Below are positions 9,198 to 19,843 of a stretch of 64,000 nucleotides of DNA, in pieces; the stretch's first letter is position 1; each line of letters starts with the position of its first letter. The stretch lies in IMG/VR virus record IMGVR_UViG_3300031933_000215, positions 1-64,000 of that record; one strand, given 5' to 3'. Under the pieces are notes generated by a model that saw only the letters and a list, made by a program, of their open reading frames with translations, ran no database searches and was not told where the DNA came from. Position numbers and translations under genes: made by a program.

Positions 9198-11864
9198 TCA
9201 TCGTGCGACAGTGACGAACGCGGAAACGTCCGGGCGGTGCCGCAAATAGTGGTTCAAGATGCGAACGTAGAAGTTGTATTGGTAAAGGTCCAATTCAACC
9301 GGTTCAGTGAACCAATGTGGGTATACCTCGATGTGCACGTCATCGTAGTCAGTATTACAAGGGTCGTGGGGAAGTAACCACTCATAAGCCTGACACCAAA
9401 CACGTATGTCTTCCTCGCTGTACTGATCCTTAATGCCCTCCGGGTAGAGAACACCGTTGAGCAGATCGTGCAGTACCTTATTAGCAAACGGGGAAAACAC
9501 CCGGTATTGGGTTACGATGAAATCGGGGTGGTCCGGATGTGGGTGCGGGAGTTTTTCCGTCAGGTAGTCACTCACTCCTTTTTCCAACAGGTCGTCCGCT
9601 TCCCTGGCCTTGAGGTCATTGTCGTACACCTCCCGGAAAACAACCGGTGGGGTCTGAATCTGATACGGCGCACCATTGTCAGCGTTCTCAATCACCACGT
9701 TGGAATTGTCTTCCGCAAACTCCAGCTCGTCGGGATGGTGATACCGACCACCTGAGATCACTCGGCGAACTTTACGCTCATGAATGTTGTACCGATGGTT
9801 GTTAGACAGGACTCCGTATTGAATGAACCCGAAGTCATCCACCGGCAGGCGGTGCAGATCGGGTTGACAGAACCCGTAACACCGGACCAAGATCCGCTGC
9901 ACGTCAACGTCGAGGTACTCGTAGTTGTTCAACACAACCCGAGGCCAGTCCACTGTGTAGTCCAACCCCTCGATTAATGACCGACCGTTCAGGAATATGT
10001 CTAGCTGTCCATAAGGAATGGTCAATTCCGTATCACCACGAACACCCTGATGGGTCTCTTCCGCCATTATCGAGAAACTGAAATGGCCAGCGTGTCGGTT
10101 GATTTGAATTTCTCGACAGTAAAACGCGTCGTCAATGCGTACCGCACCGTAAATACCACCGTTGGTGTTATGCCAGTGCCAGATAGAGTCACCGTCGGTG
10201 TGTTCAAGGTAGCCATACTCATCTAGGGCGGGGTCATCAGTGATGTCCAACCATTGGTCCTGCGGTATTCCACGCCACATTGGTGTAACATACACACGGA
10301 AGTTATGCCCTTCCGGAATCACCACCGGCACGGTGCCGTACACCGTGTTTGGCGACTTACTACCGTAACCGGTGAGGGCCTCAACCATCTTACAGTTCGG
10401 GTTTCGCACTGGGTAATAAAACCCATTTGGGTGATAGTACCAACCCAGCAACACGCCGTTGTCGTCGTACTCAAACACCGTGGTGTTTTCACTGTGCTCG
10501 TACGCCAGTTCAGCGTACGGGACGCCGTTCCGGTCCTTGACCAGTGATGGGGTGTTTGCCAGAATGGTCGCTGCCGCATGGTACCCATAAACCGAACCCA
10601 TTAACTCCTGCTGTTCCTTTTTGGCAGCTCGATCTTGGGTCGGGTCATTATAGCTGATCGGATGAATGACGTATGGGTCGGCCGACATCGTCAGGACGTA
10701 CGGACTCTGTTCTAGGTTGGTGGCGTGCCACAGAGGCAGGCTGGCTTCGGTGCCAACCATGGCGTCCACAATCTTTCGACTGGGGAGTCGATACAACTCC
10801 TGAATGCGGTTGGCTTCCGGAACCAGAGGTCGTTCGTAACCCGAATGGCGAATAAACACCTGAAGGCGTTTACCCATGGGGGTGGACCATTTGGTGCTGG
10901 GCCAACGTTCTGAGTTTTCCAGATGACGCGGGTCTTCGGGATTTGCCATGACAGCGTTGGTCACGCGATCGGCAGGCACGCTGTAATCCTTATGCGTCAC
11001 CATCCGAAGCCAATCTTCCTCGTTGCGGTGATACCCAATCCCAACAAAGCGGTCTTGAATGGTTCGATTGACGATAAAGATGTCAACGTCATCCAAGTAT
11101 TCAATTTGCTGGACGCTCGGGTCGTCATAATGAAGTAGGTATTTACGAACGGCATCCAACTCGGAATAAAACGCAGGAAGATCATCGACCTCGAATTCTA
11201 CCATACGTTTGATGGAGCCATCCAGTACGTACTCCAGCGTGTCTCCAATCTGAGCCGTGGTCAACGAAAGGTTATGAACGAACCGACCGTTAACAAAATA
11301 GTAAGGGAACCCACCGTGTTCTTCAACCAGCAAACGAATCTCACGTTGGATGAGCAGTATGTCGTCCTCAGTAGTGGCGGTAATGCCATTGCAAAAGATG
11401 TGACGATTCCCTACCGACCGATCGCTGTTAAAGTAGGCATTGCTGTAAACCCGAAGGTAGAGGTCGGAGTCTTCCAAATCGTTTATGCGATCGTTGACCG
11501 GAACCGCCACAATCAGGTTTTTGTTTGACGTCAGTCGGATGTAGCTGTTGTAACGCGGGAACTGCACACCGTTGGCGGTATAGAGTTCGTTGTATAAAAG
11601 CTCACTCTCCGCCAGTTTGGCAAAGTTCATCCACGTTCTGGTTTTTAAAGGAAGACCCAGCCGTTTCGGGATAGCCTTGCCTATCTGGTAGACGTGGTAA
11701 TACACGTCCTTTGTGGGTAGTTCCAGCTGTTCGTAAAACAACCGGATATTGTCCCGCGATCCGTAACGTGGGGTAAGACGCGCAAGCCGATACACAAACT
11801 GTCGATCCTGCGCTGGATTACACCACACGTTAGCAATCGCGTGTCGCAGCAATTGCGCGTTCAT
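9198..11864 (-). CDS. Large virion structural protein, baseplate region (phiKZ gp27-like by synteny)
   Basis: 888 aa ORF, N-terminus MNAQLLRHAIANVWCNPAQDRQ; size and position match the phiKZ block. Confidence 0.6.
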   Translation of the reverse strand: MNAQLLRHAIANVWCNPAQDRQFVYRLARLTPRYGSRDNIRLFYEQLELPTKDVYYHVYQIGKAIPKRLGLPLKTRTWMNFAKLAESELLYNELYTANGVQFPRYNSYIRLTSNKNLIVAVPVNDRINDLEDSDLYLRVYSNAYFNSDRSVGNRHIFCNGITATTEDDILLIQREIRLLVEEHGGFPYYFVNGRFVHNLSLTTAQIGDTLEYVLDGSIKRMVEFEVDDLPAFYSELDAVRKYLLHYDDPSVQQIEYLDDVDIFIVNRTIQDRFVGIGYHRNEEDWLRMVTHKDYSVPADRVTNAVMANPEDPRHLENSERWPSTKWSTPMGKRLQVFIRHSGYERPLVPEANRIQELYRLPSRKIVDAMVGTEASLPLWHATNLEQSPYVLTMSADPYVIHPISYNDPTQDRAAKKEQQELMGSVYGYHAAATILANTPSLVKDRNGVPYAELAYEHSENTTVFEYDDNGVLLGWYYHPNGFYYPVRNPNCKMVEALTGYGSKSPNTVYGTVPVVIPEGHNFRVYVTPMWRGIPQDQWLDITDDPALDEYGYLEHTDGDSIWHWHNTNGGIYGAVRIDDAFYCREIQINRHAGHFSFSIMAEETHQGVRGDTELTIPYGQLDIFLNGRSLIEGLDYTVDWPRVVLNNYEYLDVDVQRILVRCYGFCQPDLHRLPVDDFGFIQYGVLSNNHRYNIHERKVRRVISGGRYHHPDELEFAEDNSNVVIENADNGAPYQIQTPPVVFREVYDNDLKAREADDLLEKGVSDYLTEKLPHPHPDHPDFIVTQYRVFSPFANKVLHDLLNGVLYPEGIKDQYSEEDIRVWCQAYEWLLPHDPCNTDYDDVHIEVYPHWFTEPVELDLYQYNFYVRILNHYLRHRPDVSAFVTVAR

Positions 11865-11876
11865 TATCCACCTTCC

Positions 11877-12797
11877 TTAAACAAAGCGGGATTGAATGCT
11901 CCGGAACATCTGATCGGCGAACCGGGACAACTCGTGGGGGCGTCCAGTGGTTTCCACTCGACGGGACAAAACTGTTTTCCGGTACGAACGTTCGCCGGCG
12001 GCTGAATACACCATCGCTACAAACGTTGGCATGTGTTCCAAAGCAACGCCCACGTGTTCACGTGCATTGACCCCAATCCAGCTGTTAGCAACCAGTGTGT
12101 AGAGGTCGATGAACTTCAGTTGACTCAGACCCACCGTACCGCTGCACTGACGAATAGCGGTGGCGAATGCGTCTGCATCGTTCAATGGACCTAACTGATC
12201 AGCCACCTCCAAAATGATGTGTGTGGGTACCGATGTGACCCGAGCAATTTGTGGGGCAAGACGGTGGCGATCCGCTTCAGACAACTCGTTACCATCCAAC
12301 AGTTGGGTGTGGTAATAGTACGCCGCGACGATCGAAACCCGCGCTTGGTATTCCAGTGCCAGACCAAACCGCTGAGCCAGAGCCAGGGTAATCCAGCGAA
12401 TGAATGTCTTGATCGGGATGTCGCCCAGACGCTGGAAGAAGGTACTGCCTTCGGTAGCCAGGATTTGGGTGAGGATCAGACGCATGCATTGGAAACTGTA
12501 ATCGTTGGAAGCTACAAGACGGTATGAGTCATTACGCCGATTCCAGCTCATGTATGGTCGTCCGTCAATTACCCATTTGGGTTTGGACTGGGTTCCAATG
12601 TTGACGAACTGCGTGAACCCGGGGACGTCATTGTAATCGTCGGTCGGGGGAATAAAGAACGCATCCCGGATTTGATTACCAGCTGGAGTGGTCAATGCAG
12701 GGAGTGGGTTTTCGATATCGGCCCGCTTCAATGCGTTCGTAATACGATCGACCTTATAGGCTTTCGTAATGGTCGTGTAGTAGGGATCTATCACCAT
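11877..12797 (-). CDS. Conserved phiKZ-like protein (gp28-like by synteny)
   Basis: GGAG RBS before ATG 12797; divergent from the sheath gene. Confidence 0.55.
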   Translation of the reverse strand: MVIDPYYTTITKAYKVDRITNALKRADIENPLPALTTPAGNQIRDAFFIPPTDDYNDVPGFTQFVNIGTQSKPKWVIDGRPYMSWNRRNDSYRLVASNDYSFQCMRLILTQILATEGSTFFQRLGDIPIKTFIRWITLALAQRFGLALEYQARVSIVAAYYYHTQLLDGNELSEADRHRLAPQIARVTSVPTHIILEVADQLGPLNDADAFATAIRQCSGTVGLSQLKFIDLYTLVANSWIGVNAREHVGVALEHMPTFVAMVYSAAGERSYRKTVLSRRVETTGRPHELSRFADQMFRSIQSRFV

Positions 12798-12937
12798 GAT
12801 CAGGCTCCTGACAGACATTGTGAAAAAATACTGAGTCTCTATATCTAGGATATTAGACCAATATCTATGAATTGACTCAGATTCATGCTCATAACATCGG
12901 TATCCAGACTCCACAGCGCTAATTGGAGAATACAACT

Positions 12938-15025
12938 ATGGCTAGTCTAACTAATGCCGCACCGAAGTTTATCTTCGAAGGCATCAATGATCAGTCTCGT
13001 GGCACCATGGTCCGCGAGCCTGAGACGTACCCGCAGCATATGCCCTTGCTGCGGCTGTTCACTGAAACCGGTCCGACAACAACCACTCTGGTAAACTCCT
13101 CCAGTGGTTCGTTCAACGACATCTTCGGCAGCAAGAGTCTTGCTCGTCGGGGCAAATATTTCAACACTCAATCTCTGCTGGCGGAAACCCTGCTGGCGGA
13201 AGGCAACGGGTTCTTTGTTAAGCGTCTGCGTCCGGAAGATGCACCGAACCCCGCCCGCATCATCGTCGCCATCGACATTGTTGAAGACGACATCCCTCGG
13301 GTTTCCACCCGTCTGTCCGGTTTTGATTACCCGGACCTGGTGGACGAGAACGTCAATGTTGACGAAAACGGCAACGTTGAAACCGTCAATGGTCTGCGTG
13401 GCAAACTGGTTCTGATCAAAGACAACGAGTCTTCGGTTGGTACTCAAAAGCCGGGTCCTGGTACCTTTGTTTCTGAGCGTGATGGTACCCAATCCACCCT
13501 GTACCCGCTGTTTGAGCTGCCCGCCAGCTTCTTCGGTGAGCCGGGCAACCACCTGGGTTTCCGGATGTGGGCTCCGACCACTCAAGACCCCAACCCGTTC
13601 GACGAGCAAACCACTGAGCAGTTCAAGACCCGGATGTACCGGGCACAGTTTATGCAGCGTCACGATGCCGGTAGTACACCGGTAGTTATCCCCACCGTTA
13701 CCGGTGAGAGCTACGTCGACCTGTGCTTCACTCCGGATGCTTACAGCGAATCTACCGACAAGGAGTATTACGCTGAGAAAGTCCTGACTCAAGCCTACGA
13801 AGACGACGGCATTGACTCCGGTGAACCTCCGGTTTATTCACCGTTCGAGAAGATCCACGTCTATCAGGAAAACTTCGACCTGGTTCAGACCATGGTTTAC
13901 GAAGCCGAGCTGCGCGTGAACCCGTCTGCAGTAACGCACCTGGCCGCGCCTGGTCAAGTCGATCTGTTCTCCGCCGTTGACATCGACGGTGACCCACTGC
14001 ACAGTCTGCTGCTGGAAGGCCCGCTGGACGGTGGTGTTGAAATCGGTAAAGAAGCCACTGTGTTTGCTTCTGGTGGCGGTGACGGTACCACAGATCTGGC
14101 GATGTATGAAACGCTGGTGAACCGTGAGAACCGGAACTTCGGTGAGCTGGGTGACGAATACGAAAACCTGCCGCTGTATCCGTTCTCGGTTGTGTACGAC
14201 ACCGGCCTGTCCATGGAAGGTAAGTACGAAATGATGACCGTGTTAGGTCGTCGTCAGGACGTACGTTGCATCTTCACCACGTATGTGGAAGCCGAAGAGC
14301 GTCTGCCGACCAAGTCCGAAGAACTGTCTCGGACTCAGGCCCTGATGGCACGCCTGCGGGCCTACCCGGAATCCACCCTGCATGGCACTGCGGTGTGCCG
14401 GGCGGAGATCATTCAGCAAACCGGTTTCCTGGCGGGTGGTGGTTACAACAAACCCGTACCGCTGGTGATCGATTACGCTCAGCGTTGGGCACAAATGGCC
14501 GGTGCTGGCTCTGGCAACATGCGTGAAGGCAAAGACATCGACGTTAGCCCGAACAACCGGGTACGGGCGGTAAAGGACCTGAACGTTAAGTTCTTCAACC
14601 AGCGCATGCAGTCGGACCTGTGGACCAACGGTGCCACGTACACCCTGTCCTACGATCGTCGCAGTCAGTTCTACCCGGCTCTGCACTCCGTGTACAACGA
14701 CGACACTTCTGTACTGATCTCACCGATCACCGTCAGCATCTGCTGTGACGTGATTCGTCTGATCCGTCGAGTGCACGCCGAGTTGTCCGGCAATGCCAAG
14801 CTGACCAAAGAACAGTTCATTGAGCGTTGTGACTCGCTGGTACTGGAAATGGTCGATGGTCGTTATAACGATCGTGTGGTGGTGGTTCCCAAGACCTACT
14901 ACACCGAGAATGACGACAAGCGTGGTTTCAGCTGGCACTGTAAAGCCACCGTGTACGCGAACAACCCGCGCACTGTCATGATCTTCGATCTGGAAACTCG
15001 CCGCATGGAGGACCTGGCGCAGTAA
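12938..15025 (+). CDS. Tail sheath protein (phiKZ gp29-like)
   Basis: About 695 aa; sheath-like C-terminus (YDTG...LGRRQD, YDRRSQFYPALHSVY, WHCKATVYANNPRTV); strongly biased codons as in highly expressed genes; followed by the tube gene. Confidence 0.85.
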   Translation: MASLTNAAPKFIFEGINDQSRGTMVREPETYPQHMPLLRLFTETGPTTTTLVNSSSGSFNDIFGSKSLARRGKYFNTQSLLAETLLAEGNGFFVKRLRPEDAPNPARIIVAIDIVEDDIPRVSTRLSGFDYPDLVDENVNVDENGNVETVNGLRGKLVLIKDNESSVGTQKPGPGTFVSERDGTQSTLYPLFELPASFFGEPGNHLGFRMWAPTTQDPNPFDEQTTEQFKTRMYRAQFMQRHDAGSTPVVIPTVTGESYVDLCFTPDAYSESTDKEYYAEKVLTQAYEDDGIDSGEPPVYSPFEKIHVYQENFDLVQTMVYEAELRVNPSAVTHLAAPGQVDLFSAVDIDGDPLHSLLLEGPLDGGVEIGKEATVFASGGGDGTTDLAMYETLVNRENRNFGELGDEYENLPLYPFSVVYDTGLSMEGKYEMMTVLGRRQDVRCIFTTYVEAEERLPTKSEELSRTQALMARLRAYPESTLHGTAVCRAEIIQQTGFLAGGGYNKPVPLVIDYAQRWAQMAGAGSGNMREGKDIDVSPNNRVRAVKDLNVKFFNQRMQSDLWTNGATYTLSYDRRSQFYPALHSVYNDDTSVLISPITVSICCDVIRLIRRVHAELSGNAKLTKEQFIERCDSLVLEMVDGRYNDRVVVVPKTYYTENDDKRGFSWHCKATVYANNPRTVMIFDLETRRMEDLAQ

Positions 15026-15063
15026 GCGCCGGGTTCGCCCCATAGCTAACAGAGGAATTGCAA

Positions 15064-15927
15064 ATGTCACGCTATCAAAACCCTTTCATTGGTAATCGCG
15101 CCTATGGATTGGGACAGGCGGCTAACACGGTCGATATCTCACAGGCCGGTACCAAACAGTTCGCTCCCAACCTGGCCAACCTGGCGGCCAACACGCCGTA
15201 CGTTCGCCGTAACGTCGTGCCTTTTCTGATTGAGGCACCGCGTTTCTTCCAGTACACCAGCAACCCGGAACTTTATGTACGCTGTCTGAAGGCGTTCATT
15301 GAGAACCACACCCGCACCATCGACGGTCTGAACCAGCAGTTGACGGTTGACACCGCCGAAGCACCGGTGGGCGGTTCTGGTGAGCGGATTCAAACCGCTA
15401 CCAACGTTACCCGTGCGGTCAGCAACCCGACTCACGGTTGTTGGGAACTGCAAGGTCGTGCGATCTCCAAGTTCATCAAGTGGTGGATTCAGTACGGTAT
15501 CGGTGACGAGAACACCAAGGTACCGCTGATCGTTGCCGACGGCAACATCGCTGCTGAGAACTACGACGCCACCTTCTACGGCGCCACCATCCTGTACATC
15601 GAGCCCGACCCTACGTTCACCGACGTGGTCAGTGCTTGGCTGTCCACCAACATGTTCCCGACCGCCACGCCGGTATGGGAAGGTTCCAAAGACGCCAGCC
15701 AGCTGGGTCAGAACCTGGACATCAACGTGGAATTCACAGCCACCACCGATGTGTCTGTTGGTACTCAACTGTTTGCTCGCGACATCCTGCAGAGCCTGAA
15801 CATTGGCGGTATGAACCCCAATGAGAACCCGCTCTGGCTGGAAAACATCGCAGCCGACATCAAGGCCGCCGACAACGGTGTGGAAGGTCAGCTGGAGAAA
15901 GGTGCTTCCGAGCGCATCAGCTACTAA
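15064..15927 (+). CDS. Tail tube protein (phiKZ gp30-like)
   Basis: About 287 aa beta-rich ORF directly after the sheath; WLSTNMFP motif; strong codon bias. Confidence 0.75.
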   Translation: MSRYQNPFIGNRAYGLGQAANTVDISQAGTKQFAPNLANLAANTPYVRRNVVPFLIEAPRFFQYTSNPELYVRCLKAFIENHTRTIDGLNQQLTVDTAEAPVGGSGERIQTATNVTRAVSNPTHGCWELQGRAISKFIKWWIQYGIGDENTKVPLIVADGNIAAENYDATFYGATILYIEPDPTFTDVVSAWLSTNMFPTATPVWEGSKDASQLGQNLDINVEFTATTDVSVGTQLFARDILQSLNIGGMNPNENPLWLENIAADIKAADNGVEGQLEKGASERISY

Positions 15928-15930
15928 CCA

Positions 15931-15970
15931 TCGGCATAGACTTGGGGTCTCTTCGGAGACCCCAGTTTAT
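15931..15970. terminator. Terminator after tail tube gene
   Basis: CTTGGGGTCTC TTCG GAGACCCCAG hairpin with UUCG loop followed by TTTATT; TCGGCATAG on the 5' side. Confidence 0.8.
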
Positions 15971-15972
15971 TC

Positions 15973-16338
15973 GTGAATCAATCGAGGTCCGTTATGCCCA
16001 GTCAACGTGAAATCGAACGTGCGAAAGCTCGGGTGCGGCGCTCCCTGGACCGTGCGCGTGAAAACGGGTTGCTACCGCCACGGAATGCAGATAAGGCGAA
16101 CCCGCCAGCGGAAGATAAGTCGGTCCCTGCAGGTCGCAATGTCAGTGAGTTGAAAAGTCGCCCTAACCCCCCGGTCAACGAAGCCCAAAAGCCCAAGGAA
16201 GAGCAAAAGCAAGAACAGGAGATTCGGGAAGTCAGTTTCGCTAAACATGTCTCAACCCACGTATCCAAACAGAAAAACGGCCTACATGGGCAACTGGAGT
16301 CGGGAGCAAAGAACCGACTGGATTTGAAAAATCGCTAA
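15973..16338 (+). CDS. Hypothetical basic, low-complexity protein
   Basis: ORF fills the gap between the terminator and the next gene; GAGG before ATG 15997 is an alternative start. Confidence 0.5.
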   Translation: MNQSRSVMPSQREIERAKARVRRSLDRARENGLLPPRNADKANPPAEDKSVPAGRNVSELKSRPNPPVNEAQKPKEEQKQEQEIREVSFAKHVSTHVSKQKNGLHGQLESGAKNRLDLKNR

Positions 16339-16425
16339 TCTGTAATGAGAGGGGACATGCCCCACACAGTCTACAAATTCTTAAACCTACATCACTCATG
16401 GGATAGTTCAACACAAGGAGTTACA

Positions 16426-16899
16426 ATGCGTCGTTTAATGCGGTTTAATCACAAACGTGGACAAAAACCAAAAGTGGTAATTGTCAAAGGCAACCCCGAC
16501 AAGATGGTGGGGATGGAGAAACTGGCTCAGGCTTACTATCAAGAGATCGCTAACTACCTAGAAGACATGGGGTTTAAAGTGGAGATGGATGATGGTGAAC
16601 CCAAAACCTGTCCGGACATGAACGCAATATTCTGGGTAGCCCATTCCCGTGGGGTTGATCGTGAGCGCTGCGTTCCTCCGACTGAGAAATGGCGTTTTTT
16701 GAAGTTCGGCGATTTGGAAGGGGTCATTCATCCAACGGACGCCCGCTGGCAACGGTCCATCACCAACCACACCACGTCCAAGCAACAACCCCCAAAGGAG
16801 CATTTTGTGTTTACGATCGAACAGCAAGAGGCGATCAACGCGCTTGTACGTAAGCTTTCAAAGCACCCTGATTTTAAGGACCGGTTCGTTGGTCGATAA
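16426..16899 (+). CDS. Hypothetical protein, possible alpha/beta-hydrolase-like fold
   Basis: AAGGAG RBS; VVIVKG strand and WVAHSRG nucleophile-elbow-like motif. Confidence 0.55.
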   Translation: MRRLMRFNHKRGQKPKVVIVKGNPDKMVGMEKLAQAYYQEIANYLEDMGFKVEMDDGEPKTCPDMNAIFWVAHSRGVDRERCVPPTEKWRFLKFGDLEGVIHPTDARWQRSITNHTTSKQQPPKEHFVFTIEQQEAINALVRKLSKHPDFKDRFVGR

Positions 16900-16950
16900 C
16901 GACATAAGAGGAGGGATAGTCCCTCCTCGATTTATGTTTTTTTTTTTATT
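16899..16950. terminator. Bidirectional terminator
   Basis: GAGGAGGGA TAG TCCCTCCTC hairpin; ACGACATAA on the left, TTTATGTTTTT on the right. Confidence 0.8.
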
Positions 16951-17860
16951 TCACCGACCGATCAATCCAGAGCGTCAGGGCCAACACGATACCGTACATC
17001 TCTGTGGTCAGATCCGCCAGCGGTTCAATGCGATCCGCCGAGAAAACCTTCGCCACCCACTGCCAGACTTTGGCGGCGTAGAGTTGATCTTCGGTTTCGT
17101 TACACTTGATCACGTCCCAGATCCGTTCCGGTTCTTCCTCATCCAACTTATACAACGAATCCCACGCATACCGGTACGCGACTTCGTTGTCGTTGATGTG
17201 AATGCCCAACTTCAACAACAGATCGGAGATCCGAACGATTTCTTCGTGAGTCAGTGCCGGGAGTGTGTCCACATGACGGTTGGGTTTGGCCAGTGATTGT
17301 TTCACACCGACCATGTGGCCACCCAATGGCAACTCCACCGTCATGGTTTTGGGCAACCGCATGTGGGGAATCAGGTGGTTGACTTGCTTGGCGTCGTCAA
17401 CGGTGAACTCGCCTCGCTCTAAGATCTCGATGACTGGAGCGTTGATCCGATCGCAGGCCTTGAGGTCCTCCACCAGTTCGTTGCGGTAATTGGCGATCAC
17501 CGTAAAGGTCTGATTCAACAGATCACGAACCGACTGCACTGTTTGTGCCGGTTGGAGGTATTCGGCAATATCATGCGCATCCACGTACCCTTCGACCAGT
17601 GGTTGTTTGTCCAACCACTGTTTGTTGGTGTAGTAGCTCTGCAGGGCCTGCCTCAGAATGTGAAGACCGGTGCCGTTGACGCTGTCGTTGTCGGACAGAC
17701 GGTTTCGAACCACACGCTTCTTGATCTCGTTCAACCCATCGGCCATGTCTTCCATGCTCAGACCCCAGGTCAATCCCAGAAAGCTCGACAACTGAAACGG
17801 GTGTTCACTGGTGGTGATGGGGAAATTCTCCGTCAACACCTCCCGGATGTCACTGCTCAT
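16946..17860 (-). CDS. Hypothetical protein, possibly virion-associated
   Basis: 304 aa ORF co-oriented with its neighbours; no recognised motif. Confidence 0.6.
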   Translation of the reverse strand: MSSDIREVLTENFPITTSEHPFQLSSFLGLTWGLSMEDMADGLNEIKKRVVRNRLSDNDSVNGTGLHILRQALQSYYTNKQWLDKQPLVEGYVDAHDIAEYLQPAQTVQSVRDLLNQTFTVIANYRNELVEDLKACDRINAPVIEILERGEFTVDDAKQVNHLIPHMRLPKTMTVELPLGGHMVGVKQSLAKPNRHVDTLPALTHEEIVRISDLLLKLGIHINDNEVAYRYAWDSLYKLDEEEPERIWDVIKCNETEDQLYAAKVWQWVAKVFSADRIEPLADLTTEMYGIVLALTLWIDRSVK

Positions 17861-17869
17861 AAAGTCCCC

Positions 17870-18559
17870 TTATTGCACAAGACCGTAAGTGTCTTTGATG
17901 TATCGAATCTGTTCGTCCAAAACAATGGTGCGGGCTTTCTGCCACAGATACCGACCGGGTTCGGTGTACAGGTGAAGGCCATTGACAAACTCCCGCTGTT
18001 TTTCAACAAACGCTTTGGGTTCGATCATGTTGCCGGTCATTACCGCGATTTCTTTGCGCAGCCCACCAACGACATGCGCCACCCCAACCGTACTGAAACT
18101 GTATAACACATCCGCATCGCGAATGCAGCGTTCCAATTCGGTGGTGGGGGTGTGGATGAACGGAAATTCAGTCACCCGAATGAGCGCTTCAACTTCGTCG
18201 AAGTCGATGCCACGGTCACGGGTCTTTTGACCCAGTCCGGTCTCAGCAAACCAACGTAGACCAGCGATTGCCCGGTCAATGTTTTCCCGATCAGACAGTT
18301 TTCCGCCACTGTGATCGAAATCGTGAAACAGACACGCCAGTACCAACGCCACCTCGGGTTTACGCCCCACATACAGGTTAGAGGTCAACAACAACTGGTC
18401 TGCAATTCGGGCCATGTGATACAGATGCGTGTTGTTGTGGTACGGCAGATCGCCGGAGGGATTATTGGCTTGGACCCATTCCCACACGGGAAGGAGTTTC
18501 AATACCTTCAGACGAAAACGAAACAGTGTGTCTTGAACAACGAGATCAATATTCGGCAC
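17870..18559 (-). CDS. HD-domain metal-dependent phosphohydrolase
   Basis: LPYHNNTH...LACLFHDFDH...IRDADVL pattern (H...HD...D). Confidence 0.85.
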   Translation of the reverse strand: MPNIDLVVQDTLFRFRLKVLKLLPVWEWVQANNPSGDLPYHNNTHLYHMARIADQLLLTSNLYVGRKPEVALVLACLFHDFDHSGGKLSDRENIDRAIAGLRWFAETGLGQKTRDRGIDFDEVEALIRVTEFPFIHTPTTELERCIRDADVLYSFSTVGVAHVVGGLRKEIAVMTGNMIEPKAFVEKQREFVNGLHLYTEPGRYLWQKARTIVLDEQIRYIKDTYGLVQ

Positions 18560-18587
18560 AAGTGACAGGCCCTCTTTGGTTATTGTG

Positions 18588-19811
18588 TTACGAGTAATGG
18601 TCTTTGGTCAACGCCCTCAGCGTGATGTACAGCAATACTCCCGTACGCACTGAAGCAATTACTGCCCCATTGCGAGTTGTGACTGCGTTGCGCACCAGCT
18701 TCTCAGTGTGCTGGCGGAGTTTGAGCACCGACGCGTCGGATGAACGCGATGCCATCAGCAGTGATCGCAATTTGGTCAGTAGACCGGGCAGGTCGTTCTT
18801 ACGACCCAAGACCGCTCGGTTACTTTGCAGATAATCAAACGTGTAGAGTAATGTTTCGTTAACAATCTCTTCCAGGTATTTCTGGCTACGCTGGCTGTAG
18901 TTCTTGCTCAGGTACTGAAGCGATTCGCGCAACAGCTTCGGGGGCATGGTGGGCATGGCCGAGGCAATCACGTCCATCAATTCAGGCTTGATCAGGTTGC
19001 TCTCGTTTTGCGCCACCTCGTGCATGTACCGGATGTACGCGCTGTACCCATTGCGTCGGTCCTTCAGCACCATCTCCCCGTCGGTGGAGATCATGGCGTC
19101 ACTGGTGGAGGTGACCCGAACCCCCGCTCGCAGGGTTTCCAGATACACCACGTAGATCTTCTTCACCACTTCCCGAATGCGCCCTTGCGTGTCAGTCACC
19201 ACGCGGATCAAAGACTCGTCCGGTTTGAAGTCTCGGATGGCCCGGCGGTAGATGGAGTTGGGAGACACCAAATCGAACGACCGGGCTTCCAGCAAAGCAC
19301 GCCAAGAGCCGTAACGGCGGATGTCGTACCGACCGGACAGGGCGGCGTAGGTAGCTTGGGCCACCGCTGGGTCGGCGGGGTACTTGAAACGCGGTTGCAA
19401 CAAGCTGGTCAAGAACCGGTAATGGAGTACCATGAACGCGTGGGCTTGGGCTTCTTTGCGGAGCTTCTGAGGAATGCGGGTTTCCCGCTCCAACCGGTGA
19501 GCGATGTAAATGGGGGTGTAGTTGAACACGTCCGACATCACCTTGAAGTCGAAGTTGATCGCTTTCACCGACTTGAAGCGTTCGTGCAGGAGTTCTTCGT
19601 CAACCTCCAACACGTCTTCGTACCACGTTTCCCGGTCAGACTCCAGAAACCGAATGGGGTGGACTCCCATCAGTACCCCACCGAAGAACGCGTTGTGATC
19701 TTCGTTGCGGGTCATGAAATTCTGGGAATAGCGAATGATGCGCTTACACAGGTCTCGGTTGAACTTGACCTGATCAAACTGCTCATCAAACACGGCTTTG
19801 AGGGTGGACAT
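18588..19811 (-). CDS. Conserved phiKZ-like protein (about 407 aa)
   Basis: Long helical ORF with FFGGVLMGVHPIRF; AAGG before the ATG ATT ATG start. Confidence 0.65.
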   Translation of the reverse strand: MSTLKAVFDEQFDQVKFNRDLCKRIIRYSQNFMTRNEDHNAFFGGVLMGVHPIRFLESDRETWYEDVLEVDEELLHERFKSVKAINFDFKVMSDVFNYTPIYIAHRLERETRIPQKLRKEAQAHAFMVLHYRFLTSLLQPRFKYPADPAVAQATYAALSGRYDIRRYGSWRALLEARSFDLVSPNSIYRRAIRDFKPDESLIRVVTDTQGRIREVVKKIYVVYLETLRAGVRVTSTSDAMISTDGEMVLKDRRNGYSAYIRYMHEVAQNESNLIKPELMDVIASAMPTMPPKLLRESLQYLSKNYSQRSQKYLEEIVNETLLYTFDYLQSNRAVLGRKNDLPGLLTKLRSLLMASRSSDASVLKLRQHTEKLVRNAVTTRNGAVIASVRTGVLLYITLRALTKDHYS

Positions 19812-19843
19812 AATCATTACCTTTGCATAAGTTGACTGACGGT

